64,000 nt of DNA, taken from NCBI RefSeq assembly GCF_006345805.1, contig NC_043004.1:56296001-56360000 (forward strand), written 5' to 3'. Below are positions 1 through 13,900 of the stretch, in pieces. The translations under genes were made by a program, and so were the position numbers. Below the pieces are notes generated by a model. It saw only the letters and a program-made list of their open reading frames with translations, searched no databases and had not been told where the DNA came from. Numbering within the stretch: the stretch's first letter is position 1; each line of letters starts with the position of its first letter. The DNA comes from Octopus sinensis (lineage: Eukaryota).

Positions 1-280
1 AATAATAATAATAATAATAATTATTATTATTTTTTATTATTATTGTTATTATTATTATTATTGTTATTATTATTGTTATTATTATTACTATTATTTTTAT
101 TATTATTATTATATTTTATTATTATTATTATTATTATTATCATCATTATTATCATTATTATTATTATTATTATATATATAATAATAATAATTATTATTAT
201 TATTATTATTATTATTATAATAATAATTATTATTATTATTATTTTTATTATTACTATTCTACTTTTGCCAGTTCTTTAAA
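1..280. repeat. (AAT)n/(ATT)n imperfect microsatellite
   Basis: Directly visible trinucleotide runs; they explain the poly-L/I ORFs. Confidence 0.95.
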
Positions 281-430
281 GATTCTGCGTTTTATCGTAT
301 GTTTGTTTTTCTCGTTCTTCCTGTTTGTTTCCCTTCTTAATACCCTTCTTTTTATCCTCTTTCATATCGTATCAACGTTCGCTTACTCTTCTCCTTTTAA
401 TATACATTCACCATCACCATCATCACCATC

Positions 431-500
431 TTCTTCTTCTTCTTCTTCTTTCTTCTTCTTCTTCTTCTTCTTCTTCTTCTTCTTCTTCTTCTTCTTCGTC
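431..500. repeat. (TTC)n microsatellite
   Basis: Directly visible. Confidence 0.95.
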
Positions 501-753
501 GTCGTCGTAGAAGTCCTTTATTAATTTCTTCAGTTTATTATTATTTTTTTATCCTACCTCCCGTTTTTATTTTCGTCATTTATAATTCCTATAAATTTCC
601 AACAGTTGCTCTATGTTGTAGAGTTTGAAAACATAAACGAGCAATTACGTTCCTTAAACACAACTTCAAAGACAGATTCGACGTCAGTTTGGTTCCAAGG
701 AACCTGCGTGTGCAGCTTCCTTCGTCTTTCACATATGTTATTACCAGTCAAAG

Positions 754-793
754 ATGGCGTGCGCACTATTCATTCTCATGTGTGTGTATGTGT
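754..793 (+). CDS. Candidate first coding exon (hydrophobic, signal-peptide-like MACALFILMCVYV), phase-1 donor
   Basis: AAGATGG start context, hydrophobic codons, GTAAGT donor at 794-799. No downstream exon identified, and the 3' part overlaps a (TG)-rich tract. Confidence 0.2.
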
Positions 794-1332
794 GTAAGTG
801 TGTTTGTGCGTGTGTATGTGTGTGTGTGTGTGTGTGTGTCTGTGTAAATTATGGAAACTAAAAATATTCCATTTTAGATGTTTGTTTCTTCTGGCTTAGT
901 TACCTCTCTTATTAACTTCTATGATATTTAAGTAATAATAGAAAGAGATGAACACACATAAATTACATAATACCAGACAATAAAAATATCCTATGTTGCT
1001 TTCAAATGCCAGTATTATTTTCCTTTTTAATACGTTGGTAATTCTTTTCTTGCTTTATTCAAATACAACTTTTGTTTTTGTTCATATAATACATAAAACA
1101 GAAAAATAGTGTTTGGGAGAGTTAATAGGGCTTCATACAAACATTGCTTTCCCTCTTTGTATTATAAATTACTTGATTCGTTGAAAATGTAGTGAAACGA
1201 AATTTGGTGGAATATACGGAATATAATGACGTTTTATTCCCGAAATCTGAGCTTCATTTAGAAATTTTCTTGACCCTCACAAAGAGGATATAGGCTCTTC
1301 GTTTAAGTTAGCTAAGTGTTGTCTCTAAACCC

Positions 1333-1567
1333 CTTATTTCTTTACTGCCCACAAGAGGCTAAACATAGAGGGGACAAACAAGGACAGACAAAGGAATTAA
1401 GTCGATTACATCGACCCCAGTGCGTAACTGGTACTTAATTTATTGACCCCGAAAAGATGAAAGGCAAAGTCGACCTCGGCGGAATTTGAACTCAGAACGT
1501 AACGGCAGACGAAATACGGCTACGCATTTCGCCCGGCGTGCTGACGTTTCTGCTAGCTCGCCGCCTT
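1333..1567 (-). mobile_element. tRNA-derived SINE, family A (full copy)
   Basis: Minus strand GGCGGCGAGCTAGCAGAAACGTCAGCACG...GTTCTGAGTTCAAATTCCGCCGAGGTCGACTTTGCCTTTCATC... with A/B-box-like head; more than 10 related copies in the window. Central domain resembles the MetaSINE domain from memory (unverified). Confidence 0.85.
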
Positions 1568-2304
1568 AATCCCCTTGTAGTTTGGAAACACCAATTAGCT
1601 GGTCCAAGAATTCAAAACAATGACATTTTGATTCAATATTAATTGATTTAATTGTGTGTTTTTCTATGACGAACCATCGCACAACCATGTCGTTTCTCTT
1701 AGCCACCAAGTATCAGAATTATCCTTTTTTCTTTTCTATGCTGTTTCTCGTCTTACAGTTTATATTCTTCCCCTAAACTTCCTCTGAATCTTGAAGATAT
1801 GAAACTATAAATATACTACATAAAATTGTTAGCTTTGAGTAAAGTTATTTTTCTGGCTGATTTACAAAATCCCCATCCTATAATCATTCAGTACATATTC
1901 GTTGTAAACATGATATTCTTTGTGCAAATAAAGTTGGCAGCTTTATCAAAAATTCCAATTCTTGTCAATAATAGAAAGGAATTTTGGATTATGGAAAATA
2001 AGTTTCGACTTGTATATTTGAACAAAAGACATCTACTGCTGTACAATCATATAACATTTTCCTAGAGGCCACATACGTGAAAAATAGAAGAGCTTTTAAG
2101 TACTATTCTTTCAGAGTATATCCCATGATAAGGTACTATAAATATCTTGGTTAATTCGATAGATTACTCCATAAAACGTATTTCAACTTTCCATTAGTTG
2201 GAACTGCTTATATATCAGTTTTTCAGTAACATATTAGGCATGAATTTTATGTATGTTGAACCAATCCATTTTAGCGAACGAAGTCGACTAAGAAGAAAAT
2301 GCAG

Positions 2305-2754
2305 AAATGATATGTGATTTCTCGATGCCCCGTCTAAGCCATGTTACGCTGTAATATAACATATATAGGATGGCTAATTGATAGAGTTACTAATGCTTCA
2401 TAGTATTTCATTCAACCCAACACTTTGAGTTCATACCCCGCCGGACTCTTACCTTTAATTCTTTTAGCGTCAATAAAATGTATCAATCCAGATTCCAGAG
2501 TGTTTCATTGGCAGGTATATAAAAAAGGAACACTGAATGCATTAAATTCTGTTTTCTGACTCTTGAGCTCTGAGTTCAAATCCTTCCTTGGCTTATATGG
2601 CGATAGACTTCATTTGTCGTCCTCTTTAACACCACAAGCTGACGACTTGAGTGCTTTTAGCTTACCAAGTCACTAGCAAGGGTACTGTCATCTTACCTCT
2701 CCCAGACTTGGTGTCTCTGTAATGGATCTATCATCAGCTTTATCATCGTTCCTG
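2305..2754 (+). repeat. Left arm of ~450-bp inverted duplication (partner 6463-6916)
   Basis: Reverse complement aligns through the whole length with few substitutions and small indels. Confidence 0.9.
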
Positions 2755-3844
2755 ACTAAAAGATAAAAAATAGATATGAAAATTTAAAGCGTGAGAAATA
2801 AATTCCTTGTTAAAATTAATTCATTATTAATTATGGACTTCGATTTTTTTATAAAACAGTGGCAGAGTTATATAAACACACATGCACATAAACATGTATA
2901 TATGTGTGTGCAAGTGAGAGCATTTCTACAAAAAGCATGTTTGTGTATGTGTGTGCGTCCATGTAGGTGTATCTATATGTCTATGTATGTATTTATGTGC
3001 TTAGTAATTTAAATACGTATCACGTTTCCACTATTTTAGTTGCAGTAAAAATTGTCACACACAATTAAGACTTCTAATTATAGTAGTAGTACTAGTACTA
3101 GTAGTAGTAGTAGTAGTAGCAGCAGCAGAAACTGTAGCAACAACATTAATATACAATTAAGACATAACTCAAGACAATTTGATGAAGTTTGCAATGGACA
3201 GGATGTGATTGTTTAACAATTAAGGAAATTGGGCTGGAGCATTTTGCTTAAGGCTTCACATCCTGCATTGAGATACGAAAATTAAATTCGATTAAATAAA
3301 ACAAAGACACACATACACACACACACACACACATGTTCCCCCATCTACCTCTCTCTTACGTCCATACACAGACAATGCACAAACGTTTTTAATTATGTAT
3401 CCTATGCATTCAGGAACGGTGATATCGTCACGAAATATTTGTAAAACCTTTGCCTTCGTTTAAACACATTGTCAACTACATACAGATATCACGGACGTGG
3501 TTACCATAAGTAATGTATAAATAGTATATTGAGAAATCTAATATTTAAGTGTACTGTGTAGATTCCTAAACTCAATACTAATAACAACAAATGAATAAAA
3601 ATAAATAATAAAAAGGAAAAAAGTGAAAAATAACAAAAGAAAGCTATGGCTGAACTAACTAATAATAAAGACGAAATAAATACCAGCAGCAGAACAATAT
3701 CAATACTGCTTGGATACAGAATAATTCCAACAGTGTTAACACCTCAGCTTTATCGATATTAATACCAAAATACAAAATAACTCTGCAACAAAGCTGTAGC
3801 AACAATCAAGATTATAACAATTGGTAATAAAATATCCTTTAAAG

Positions 3845-4850
3845 ATAGGTACAAAGCCTGAAATTTCTGGGGAGTGGGTTAGTCGATTACATCTATCCCA
3901 GTGTTCAACGGATAGTTATTTTATTGACCCCCGAAAGGATTAAAGGCAAAGTCGACACCGGCGGAATTTGAAATCAGAATACAAAGACGAATGAAATGCC
4001 ACTAAGCATCTTGTACGGCGTGCTAGCAGTTCTACCACTTTGCTGACTTCATCGGTGATAGAATATCCATTATATTTAAGGTGGCGATCTGGCAGAAAAG
4101 TTAGCACGCTGGGCGAAATACTTAGTGGTATTTCGGCTGCCGCTACGTTGTGAGTTCAAATTCCGCCGAGGTCGACTTTGCCTTTCATCCTTTCGGGGTC
4201 GATTAAATAAGTATCAGTTACGCACTGGGGTCGATGTAATCGACTTAATCCCTTTGTCTGTCCTTGTTTGTCCCTTCTGTGTTTAGCCCCTTGTGGGTAG
4301 TAAAGAAATAGGTATTTCGTCTGACGTTACGTTCTGAGTTCAAATTACGCTGAGGTCGACTTTGCCTTTCATCCTTTCGAGGTCGATAAATTAAGTACCA
4401 GTTATGTACTGGGGTTGATCTAATCGACTGGCTCCCTCCCCCAAAATATCGGGTCTTGTGCCTAGAGTAGAAAAGAAAATCCATTTTATTATAATCACAA
4501 TGCTTGATATATTAGGGGAAAGAGCGAGTCGATTCAACCTCGGGGCGATGTGAACTAAGAATGTATAAACGGACGAAATGCCGCTGTGCATGTTGTCTGA
4601 TGTGCTAACGGTTGTACCAACCTGCTGCCCTAATCGGCAATAGAATATCTTTTTTTATTATAAGCCCAAGGCGTGAAATGTTAACGGAGGGGGCTAGCGA
4701 TTACATACACCCCAATTTGCAACTAGTATTTATTTTAACAACCCCGAAAGGATGAAACGTAAAGTCGACCTCGGCAGAATATAAACCCAGAAGGTAAAGA
4801 CATACAACGTCGCAAAGCAATGCTAAAGATTTTGCCAGTTCACTGCCTTA
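3845..4850. mobile_element. Cluster of family A SINE copies in both orientations (clearest 4078-4310 +, followed by a partial tandem copy 4311-4476 +)
   Basis: Repeated GTCGACTTTGCCTTTCATCCTTTCG core and its reverse complement. Confidence 0.8.
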
Positions 4851-5809
4851 ATCGGTCAAAAAATTATCAACAACAAACATATTAAGCAAACCTATTTTGA
4901 AATAGCTACTTGGTTGTTGAATCTGACAGAAAAGGTCAAATTGTAGTTAGACCTACTCAATAGAGGAGTCAAGATATCCTTTAATTCACTTCATATCGCC
5001 TTAACAAAAACATTACATCTTATATATTATGCAATCTTAGATAAAGTATATTGGGGATGTTCATGGATGAAGGCATTTGATGAGGGGTGTACTCGACCAG
5101 GTTTGACCCCAGGGAAAGCAACAATAACAACAATAAAGTAAAAACAGTCCGTTTTATCTGTTACTTGTTCCTGGGGCACCGCCTTGATGAATTTTAATCA
5201 AAAAAATTGAGGCGAGTCCTTTGTTCTTGATCTGGTAGTTATTTTATCGGTTCTCTTTTGTTGAACTGCTTGATAACGGGGCATGAACACACCAGCACCG
5301 CTTTATACACGACGTGTTATTTTCCAGTTTCCATTTACCAGATTCACTCATAAGGCTCTATTCGGCCCAGGGCTCTAGTAGAAGATACTAGCTCAAGGTG
5401 ACATGCAGTGAGACGGAAACCAAAACCATGTGGTTGGGAAGCAACCTTCTTAACGCTCATCCATATATTCGGCAATGTAGTGGTAATAATGGTTTCTGTA
5501 TTAGGCACAACGCCGAAAGTTTTTGGACGAAGATTTTAGTCAATTAAACCAACTGCAGTTCTTGACTGCTTTCTTACTTTTCTCACACCGAAATGTTGGA
5601 TGGTGAAGCTGTCTTCGGTGCTCAAACTTGAACTAGGGTGATAAAAATCTCGAAGAAATACTAAAAGGCCTGTTTGAAACGCTCTTAAGGTTCTGTCAAC
5701 CTATTGCCATACCAATAATAGTAGTAACTTTGAAAGTTAGGCATGGAGGCTACGGTTTCAAGGAACAAATCTTAGTCAGAGAAATTGATCCTAATGATAT
5801 ATTCTTATC

Positions 5810-6066
5810 TTCTTAATCCTTTTTGCCCCTTGTGGAACGTAGGACCTCAACAGTTGTTTTCCACTTTTTGCGGTCATTGGCGTGTTTCTTAGCTGCTTAC
5901 CATGTCAGGCCGGTTGTCCTAAGCTCGTCCAAAATGCTCTGCTTCCATGTCTGCTTTGGGCGTCCTCGCTTCCTTTTCCCCTGCGGGTTCCAGTCAAGTG
6001 CTTGTCGTGTCACATTTGAGGGTTCTTTCCACAGTGTGTGTCGGATCCATCTCCATTTCCTTAGTC
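5810..6066 (-). mobile_element. RTE-clade LINE 3' fragment
   Basis: Minus translation RLRKWRWIRHTLWKEPSNVTRQALDWNPQGKRKRGRPKQTWKQSILDEL...NDRKKWKTTVEVLRSTRGKKD* matches the RTE ORF C-terminus (W.GH...GKRKRGRPK.TW); one internal stop. Confidence 0.8.
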
Positions 6067-6462
6067 TACTCTGAACTGATGCTTTATTTTATCAAACTCA
6101 GAGGAAAGGAAGACAAAGCTGACCACAACACTGAAACTTGAATTCGTAGCATAAAGAGCCAGATCAAATGCAACAAAGTATTCGACGCTCTAACAAATCT
6201 GTCAATCCGTCGTTAGTTAAAATAGAAAGAATTATTTCGACTATTGGCACAAAGCCTGAATTTTTGTCGGATGGGATTTTTGAATTTCATCACTCTCAGT
6301 ACTTGACTCGTACTCCTTTTTTCGACATTGAAAGGATGATTGGAAAACTTGACATCGGTGACATTTGAACTTAAAAGCTGGAAGAAACGCTGCTGAGTAT
6401 TTTGTTCGGCGCTATAACGATTCAACCTCCATACTGCCTAAGCAGTAATACAACCAAACTGA

Positions 6463-6916
6463 CAGGAACGATGGCAAAGCTGATGATAGATCCATTACAG
6501 ATACACCAAGTCTGGGAGAGGTAAGATGACAGTACCCTTGCTAGTGACTTGGTAAGCTAAACGCACTCAAGTTGTCAGCTTGTGGTGTTAAAGCGGACGA
6601 CAAATGAAGTCTGCCACCATATAAGCCAAGGAAGGATTTGAACTCAGAGCTCAAGAGTCAGAAAACAGAATTTAATGCATTCAGTGTTCCTTTTTTATAT
6701 ACCTGCCAATGAAACACTCTGGAATCTGGATTGATACATTTTATTGACGCTAAAAGAATCAAAGGTAAGACTGAGTCCGGCGGGGTATGAACTCAAAGTG
6801 AAGAGTTGAATGAAATACTATGAAGCATTAGTAACTCTATCAATTATCCATCCTATATATGTTATTTTACAGCGTAACATGGCCTAGACGGGGCATCGAG
6901 AAATCACATATCATTT
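6463..6916 (-). repeat. Right arm of ~450-bp inverted duplication (partner 2305-2754)
   Basis: Reverse complement of 2305-2754. Confidence 0.9.
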
Positions 6917-7578
6917 AATTTTATTGACACTTACACTTGTCATTAAAATAATAAAATGATACCTAAGTGTTACATCATGATAGCAACAAAGAGAAATTAA
7001 GAAAGTTAAGTGATATCTGGCCAGTAACAATAGTATTAGTAATATCTACGATGACCTCATTAAGACCAAATAGTCGATGTCCAAAGTAAAAATAGCCAAA
7101 TTAACAATTCTAGATAATCTATACTATTGATTCGTAACACTGGAATCATGCCACATATCGTTCAAGTTGACATCAGCTCTTTCGTTGTACTTCATTTAAA
7201 TGACTCTAGAAAGACGAAGGGCGAAGCTGATTTCAATTGGATTCGATCTCAGACAAAAAGAACCGTAACCGTAAGGCATTTTGGCCAATAATCTTACAAT
7301 TCTGATATTACATCACTTTCAGACAGCTAATAATTTTAATAGTAAACACGATAAAATTATTACCGCCGCTATTCCCTCGGATATTCTTTTGTCCTTTTAA
7401 CTGTGTTCGTTATGTAACCATGTCCTCATGCTGAGAGTTGGTGAGTCGAATAAATAGAGCCCTGTACTATTTTGTCGAAACGTTAAGTTCCGGGAAATAT
7501 AAACTACGAACTATGGTTGTCACACAAAGACGCCTGCATATAGACACACGTCACAGATTTATATACATATACACACAC

Positions 7579-7670
<92 letters not shown>

Positions 7671-8211
7671 ACAAAATGGAACAACAAAACATCCAGACAG
7701 ACGATACAAAGAAACCAAGGACGGGTCATTCGAAGTTTTCTTTCCTCAGTCGTGTACCAGGTTATCTTCGCAATTTCGGCTGATTATACTCGAGATTGCT
7801 CCAATCTGGCCAGCCCTTAGGAAAACTAAGCTAAGAGCATTAGATTCCTTGGACGAAATCAGCGAATGTATACAAAAAAAAAGGACGGAAAACAATGAAC
7901 AATGTTACACAAATACAATAAAAATAATAACAGGACATAACAACAGGTGTCTTTCGACTAAGGACGAATTAAATTAAGCTGGCGTGTATGGAAATAAAGC
8001 CTTACGGCAGAGATACAGGGTGGCACAGGCACAAGGAGGAATATCGATGTTGCACGGACAACGGCCAGTCAAGGAAGAAAAATCAGGCTTGGCAAAGAAA
8101 TTAATATTATTAAACAATATCAATTTCCACCAGTGGTCAGATTTCGTGGCAAAAGGTCTTCGCGTCTATTTTTAGCATACACAGGATTCACATAGCGGTC
8201 TCTCCTATTGT

Positions 8212-8258
<47 letters not shown>

Positions 8259-9174
8259 ATATACATATATACACGTATCATATACACAAAACGAATGGGG
8301 ACTGCCATACATTAACTTTATTGAAGAAGCTAGTAGCTAATGCGGGTAACCAATGAAGTCATGGAGCACCGTCGCCTCATACAACCTGTGGCAAAGACAT
8401 AAAACTTGAGCAGCTAATCTCACTCACAGAATGATCACAGCAGAAAGAAAGTAAGAGAGAGAGAGAGAGGGAGAGAGAGTGAGTGAGAAGGAAAAGTGAT
8501 AGGTTGAGGTATATAAAACGGAAAAGAAAGAGAGAGAATAATTTTGGTATGTGACTTTATTTGGTGACCTGAATGTTGAAGAGTAAAGATGACTTCGATG
8601 GGATTTGAACTCATTTTGTAGTGAACTATGAAGAATGCAGTTAACTTAAGATATTCCACCCGAACTCGTAACAACACTCCCTCTTATTTTCTGTATGTGT
8701 ATGAGCATCAACATATACATATATGCATGTGCGTATGTATATTTGTATCTTTGTTGCCATTATGTCTCTCATGTACACACAAAGATTACAACTACCACAC
8801 CATCAAAAAAAAAACAACAAACAGAGCAACAACAACGACAAACAGCTTGTTAACGACATCAATAACAACAATATCCAAACGAATTCCAAAATATTCGCTA
8901 CACTCCCATGATGTCCATAAAGTGAAATAAAGTTTGACTTATCACTCTGACAGTATTAAAATATAAAAGAAAATGTAACAATAGCAAGAATTTCTTTAAA
9001 ATGATCTTTTATAATTGAGATGCCAGAATCAGATTAGTATTAACCTCAAAATAGATCATGCTTCAAATGGTTCTTGCATTGTCCATGCCAGGAACTGCAG
9101 CTGTGTTTGCTGACTCTCTGCTGATTTACAGACTTACGTACGTATATGAGAGGTATACGCTACATATAAAATAT

Positions 9175-9238
<64 letters not shown>

Positions 9239-9473
9239 TATATACATACATAGACATACATGTACACACACATAAACACACATGTATTACCTTACATATA
9301 GATGCTTACAGTTTGCCATTTTATTTAACGGTCGTCTTATCTATTACATTCCCCACCTATGTTTCTATATTTCAACGAGAATTTGTGTCTATATATCTAA
9401 TTCTATACTTATCTGTCAACAAGCAGAGCTTTGAGTTTGTACGTATGTTTGTGTATGTACGTATGTACATACA

Positions 9474-9870
9474 GGAGTGGCTGTGTGGTAAGTAGCTTGC
9501 TTACCAAACACATGGTTCCGGGTTCAGTCCCACTGCGTGGCATCTTGGGCAAGTGTCTTCTGCTAAAGCCTCGGGCCGACCAATGCCTTGTGAGTGGATT
9601 TGGTAGACGGAAACTGAAAGAAGCCTGTCGTATATATCTATATATATATGTATGTGTGTGTATGTTTGTGTGTCTGTGTTTGTCCCCCTAGCATTGCTTG
9701 ACAACCGATGCTGGTGTGTTTATGTCCCCATTACTTAGCGGTTCGGCAAAAGAGCCCGATAGAATAAGTACTGGGCTTACAAAGAATAATTCCCGGGGTC
9801 GAGTTGCTCGATTAAAAGCGATGCTCCAGCATGGCCGCAGTCAAATGACTGAAACAAGTAAAAAGAAAAA
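9474..9870 (+). mobile_element. tRNA-derived SINE, family B (bipartite, with central microsatellite)
   Basis: AGGAGTGGCTGTGTGGTAAG...GGTTCAGTCCC head, TTGGGCAAGTG CORE-like stretch, internal (TA/TG)n, tail ending GAAACAAGTAAAA; at least six copies in the window. Confidence 0.85.
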
Positions 9871-9955
9871 GAGAAAAAGAGAAAAAGAGATGTATGTGTG
9901 TATGTATATATGTATGTGTACGTATGCATGTAGCTATGTACGTACATGTGTAGCA

Positions 9956-10225
9956 CGTAGCCTAGTGGTTTGGATTCAACTCTTGATCTTGCGATTGTGG
10001 TTTCGAATGGCTGACCGGGTGATGCATTGATTTATTGAGGAAAACCCTTTGTCTCACATTGCTCTGCAACATTTCGACATCTGACGTGTGTTACATTGTG
10101 CACCTGTACAGGTAATCTTGATTTCGATGGAAGGAGTGGACTGGTGTATAGTACAAACATTTGACCACTATAAGCAACTGTGTAGGTTGGTTGGCAAGCA
10201 ATTGCGGAGTCCTCATCTGTCATTT
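9956..10225 (+). mobile_element. Degenerate tRNA-headed SINE-like element
   Basis: GTAGCCTAGTGG A-box and GGTTTCGAAT B-box-like head followed by a ~200-bp body; single copy here. Confidence 0.5.
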
Positions 10226-10339
10226 ATGACAGGAGAGGCTATTATGCATGGATATATGTATAGCTGGCTGGCTGGCTGGATGGTTGGATGGCTGGATGGT
10301 TGGCTGGCTGGCTGGCTGGTTGGCTGGCTGGCTGGCTGG

Positions 10340-10372
<33 letters not shown>

Positions 10373-10691
10373 TGTGTCTACTCGTATGCATATATGTTGT
10401 CTGACATTCTGTCTCTATGTATGCATGAATGCATGTATGTGTGTGTGTGTGTATTTGGTCGACCTAGCGCGGAATTTTGAACTCAGGACAGAAAGACGGA
10501 CGAAATGCCGCTAAGCTTTTAGTCCGGTGATCTGATGATTCTGCCGGGTCACTGCCTTATTTAATCTTGTATTAATTATTTCTGCTATAGACACAAAGCC
10601 TGAAATTTTGGGGCGGGGACAGTCAATTACCACAGACCTAGTACTCAAATAGTACATTTTTTATCGACCCCGAAATGAATTTCGCACCCAT

Positions 10692-10916
10692 CCCCCACTG
10701 CTTCTTTTCGTGATCAAAGATGCACGTATCATTTGCTGCTAAGGGACAGGCTTAACTGGTTAAGGTCAAGCAATTGCCAAGCAAATCGGTGGTATTGAGC
10801 AGAATATTTGCTCTAGCCCATCCTTTATATCAAAACAAAACAGGTACATAATAACACTTCCAATCAGTTAAGAGCAGAAACCACGAGAGCCATTACCTAG
10901 CACTGCATCAGGGCAT
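10692..10916 (-). mobile_element. 5' fragment of the ~540-bp (AAT)n-associated non-coding element
   Basis: Aligns to 39610-39831 in the same orientation; abuts the truncated Dong ORF. Confidence 0.75.
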
Positions 10917-13900
10917 TTTCCGCAAATTCCGCACGGGGGATCAGATCAGTCTTTAAGGACGTTTACATGATAGTCTCTGGTAGGTAATCTCTGATCTTGC
11001 GCTGCAGTAACAAAACCTTCTGTTTTCCGTTTCAGACCTGTCCCTTGCAGCAATTGGCGTGTTAGATTTTCATCAACATTTGGCTTGGTTATTTTTCATG
11101 CAGCAAATTGCTTTCCAGTTGTCTTCAATATTATTCATGCAAGCCTTCTTTGCTTTTTGTTTGATGTTTTTTGCATCAGTGATAGGTTTGTCACTATCTG
11201 GATCTCGCTGGTCTTTCTGATTGTTAGTTTCTAAATCAGGAGAAGCAATGGTAGGTCTGTCAGTATTTGGGTGTCTTCGGTAATTCTTATTGTTAACTTG
11301 TAGGCCAAGAGACCTTTTAAATTTCTTACAAAGAACTTAAACTTGCTTGGAATCTTCATGCTTCAGTGTAGTTCGTAAGGGCACAGCACTTGTTGTACTA
11401 AGATACGTTTCAAGTCCACTCATTGCTGATTTGAAGGATTGTTCGAGCTGTATCAAGCTTCTTTCACCTATTTGGGGGGGGGGGATAAATCCTCTCTACA
11501 TATGATTTTGGATGTTGCATTCGGTACCTTGTAAGGATTTTACGGATTTTTCCATCCGTAAAATATTCTGCATGACAGTAAGACTTCACTTAATGATACC
11601 GAAGCTACATGTAGCCAAAGAATCGATCGCATTAATTCTGTTAACACCATAGACTGAGATTAGGACCATTCTTATCTTTCTGTAGCACTCCTTGCGAATT
11701 TTCTCTTTCTTTGGTTCCCAGATATTTATGTACTTCGGATTGGTCTAGGTTTCGAATAGCTGTGGTAGTATCACGTTCTATGTTTTCTGTCTTTATGAAC
11801 TTCCCTGCCTTGAAAGTAGCATTTGCACATTTATCAAGTCCGAATTCCATACCTATATCAGAGCTGAATTCTCTGACAGTATTCAGGAGCTATTCTAATT
11901 CTTTGTCGTTTTTCGCAAACAGTTTTTGATCATCCATATAGAGCAGATGATTAATTTTCTGGTCAAATATCTTATACTATCTTTTAGCTTTATTCAGTTG
12001 CATGGATAATGGGAAGAGAGCGAGGCAGAATAGTAATGGTGATAATGAGTCACATTGAAAGATACCACAGGCTATATTGATGTTTGGTGAGGTGGTGTAT
12101 CCTTGTGTATGGCTTAAAATACGGGTAGTCCTCCACGAATTAATGATTACTTTTAAAAAGTTCCCAATTGTTGGAGCTGTCTTGTAAATTTACAGGGCCT
12201 TGATGATCTATAGATGGTGGACACTATCAAAAGCCTTGTTGTAATCTATCCAAGCGGTGCTAAGGTTCCTGCGTTTGGATTTGCAATTTTCAATAACAAA
12301 TTTATCAATCAGTAATTGGACCTTACATCCATATGAACACCTTTTACAGCCCTTTTGTTCCACTGGAATAATTTGCTGTTATCCAAGAATTCATATGCTG
12401 TATTCCGCTATTATATAGATGTTAATAGTTTATATTTGGTGGTGAGGCATGTTATGGGTCGGTATTTTTGGTGGGGGAGTAGGGTAGTAGTTCCTTCTCT
12501 TTTTGGTAAGAGATTGTGTTTGATATGACTTCATTGAGTGCTACGGTTAAGTTGTGGTGAGTGCTCATTAAAGAGTTTAGCCAAAAACTCGGAATCTTAT
12601 CTATACCTGTGGATTTCAATTTCTTTGACTCGGCGAGCGTCGCTTTCATTTCTTCAGTTGTTATATCCTGCCGTTCTTGATATTTGAGGTGGACATTGGC
12701 CTCTTGTATGTCACTGACTTAATGTGAATCCTGATTAATCTCCTTTGGATTACTCCAAATGATTTTCCAAAAATCTTCAGATTGCTGCTAGGGAGGAGGT
12801 GTTTTCCCAATAATGGTATTTTCCCCCAATTCCCTGTAGAATGTTTCGTATTCTCCTTGAATAGCATGTTTTCTCTATGGAATGCCGAGTGTTTTTGTAT
12901 CTTTCCAGTCGTCTGGTTTTTAATTGTCGTTTTTGTTTGAGGATTTCAAACTGTTATTAGTTTACTCTTTACTCTTATACTTGTTTCAGTCATTTGATTG
13001 CGGCCATGCTGGAGCACCGCCTTTAGTCGAGCAAATCGACCCCGAGACATATTCTTTGTAAGCCCAGTACTTATTCTATCGGTTTCTTTTGCCGAACCGC
13101 TAAGTGACGGTGACGTAACCACACTAGCATCGGTTGTCAAGCAATGCTAGGGGGACAAACATAGATACACAAATATACACGCATATACATATATATACAT
13201 ATATACGACGAGCTTCTTTCAGTTTCCGCCTACCAAATCCACTCACAAGGCTTTGGTCGGCCCGAGGCTATAGTAGAAGACACTTGCCCAAGGTTCCACG
13301 CAGTGGGACTGAACCCGGAACCATGTGGTTGGTGAACAAGCTACTTACCACACAGCCACTCCTGAGCCTATGTTGGGTTTATTAGTTTTCCATTTGCTTG
13401 CTTCAAGTAGAAAAGATATATCTGCTCTTAGTTGGGTCATTTTCCGGTTTATTCTTTCCGTCCATGCAGGTTGTTTCTGTACATTGCTCTTTGTCTATCT
13501 CTAATTTTAATACCGCATTTCAGAGTTGCAACATAGGTAGCTGAGTAAATGAGTTGATCAATCACTTCGAGGTCATTTTCTGTACTATTCTCAGTGTTGT
13601 CCTATCAGCTTTCCAAGTGCTTGATCAACTTCTTTGATTATTTGTTTGTTCTCAAAGATTTTGGGAAGCGGGGCTCTTTCGTGGAAAGGTTGGTGTAGTT
13701 GTATTAGACATTGTTCTAGTATTCCATCTAACAGTTCATTGCCGATGTGATCATTTATAGTGCTTTTAGTATCAACTGATGGTCCACCTTCATAGGATTC
13801 TGTGTACCTGGTTTGCTGGCTTGAGTTAGTGATTTCAGGTTTTTGTTTCTCTTTTCGCCTGTGGGTATAAGCTGACTTTTGACTGATCTGACTATTTTGT

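Noticed and set aside
7718-7760. CTGAGGA...CGAAT on minus as a hammerhead
   Set aside because: GAAA is disrupted and stem I does not pair. The surrounding 7670-8215 block may be a repeat but has no second copy here.
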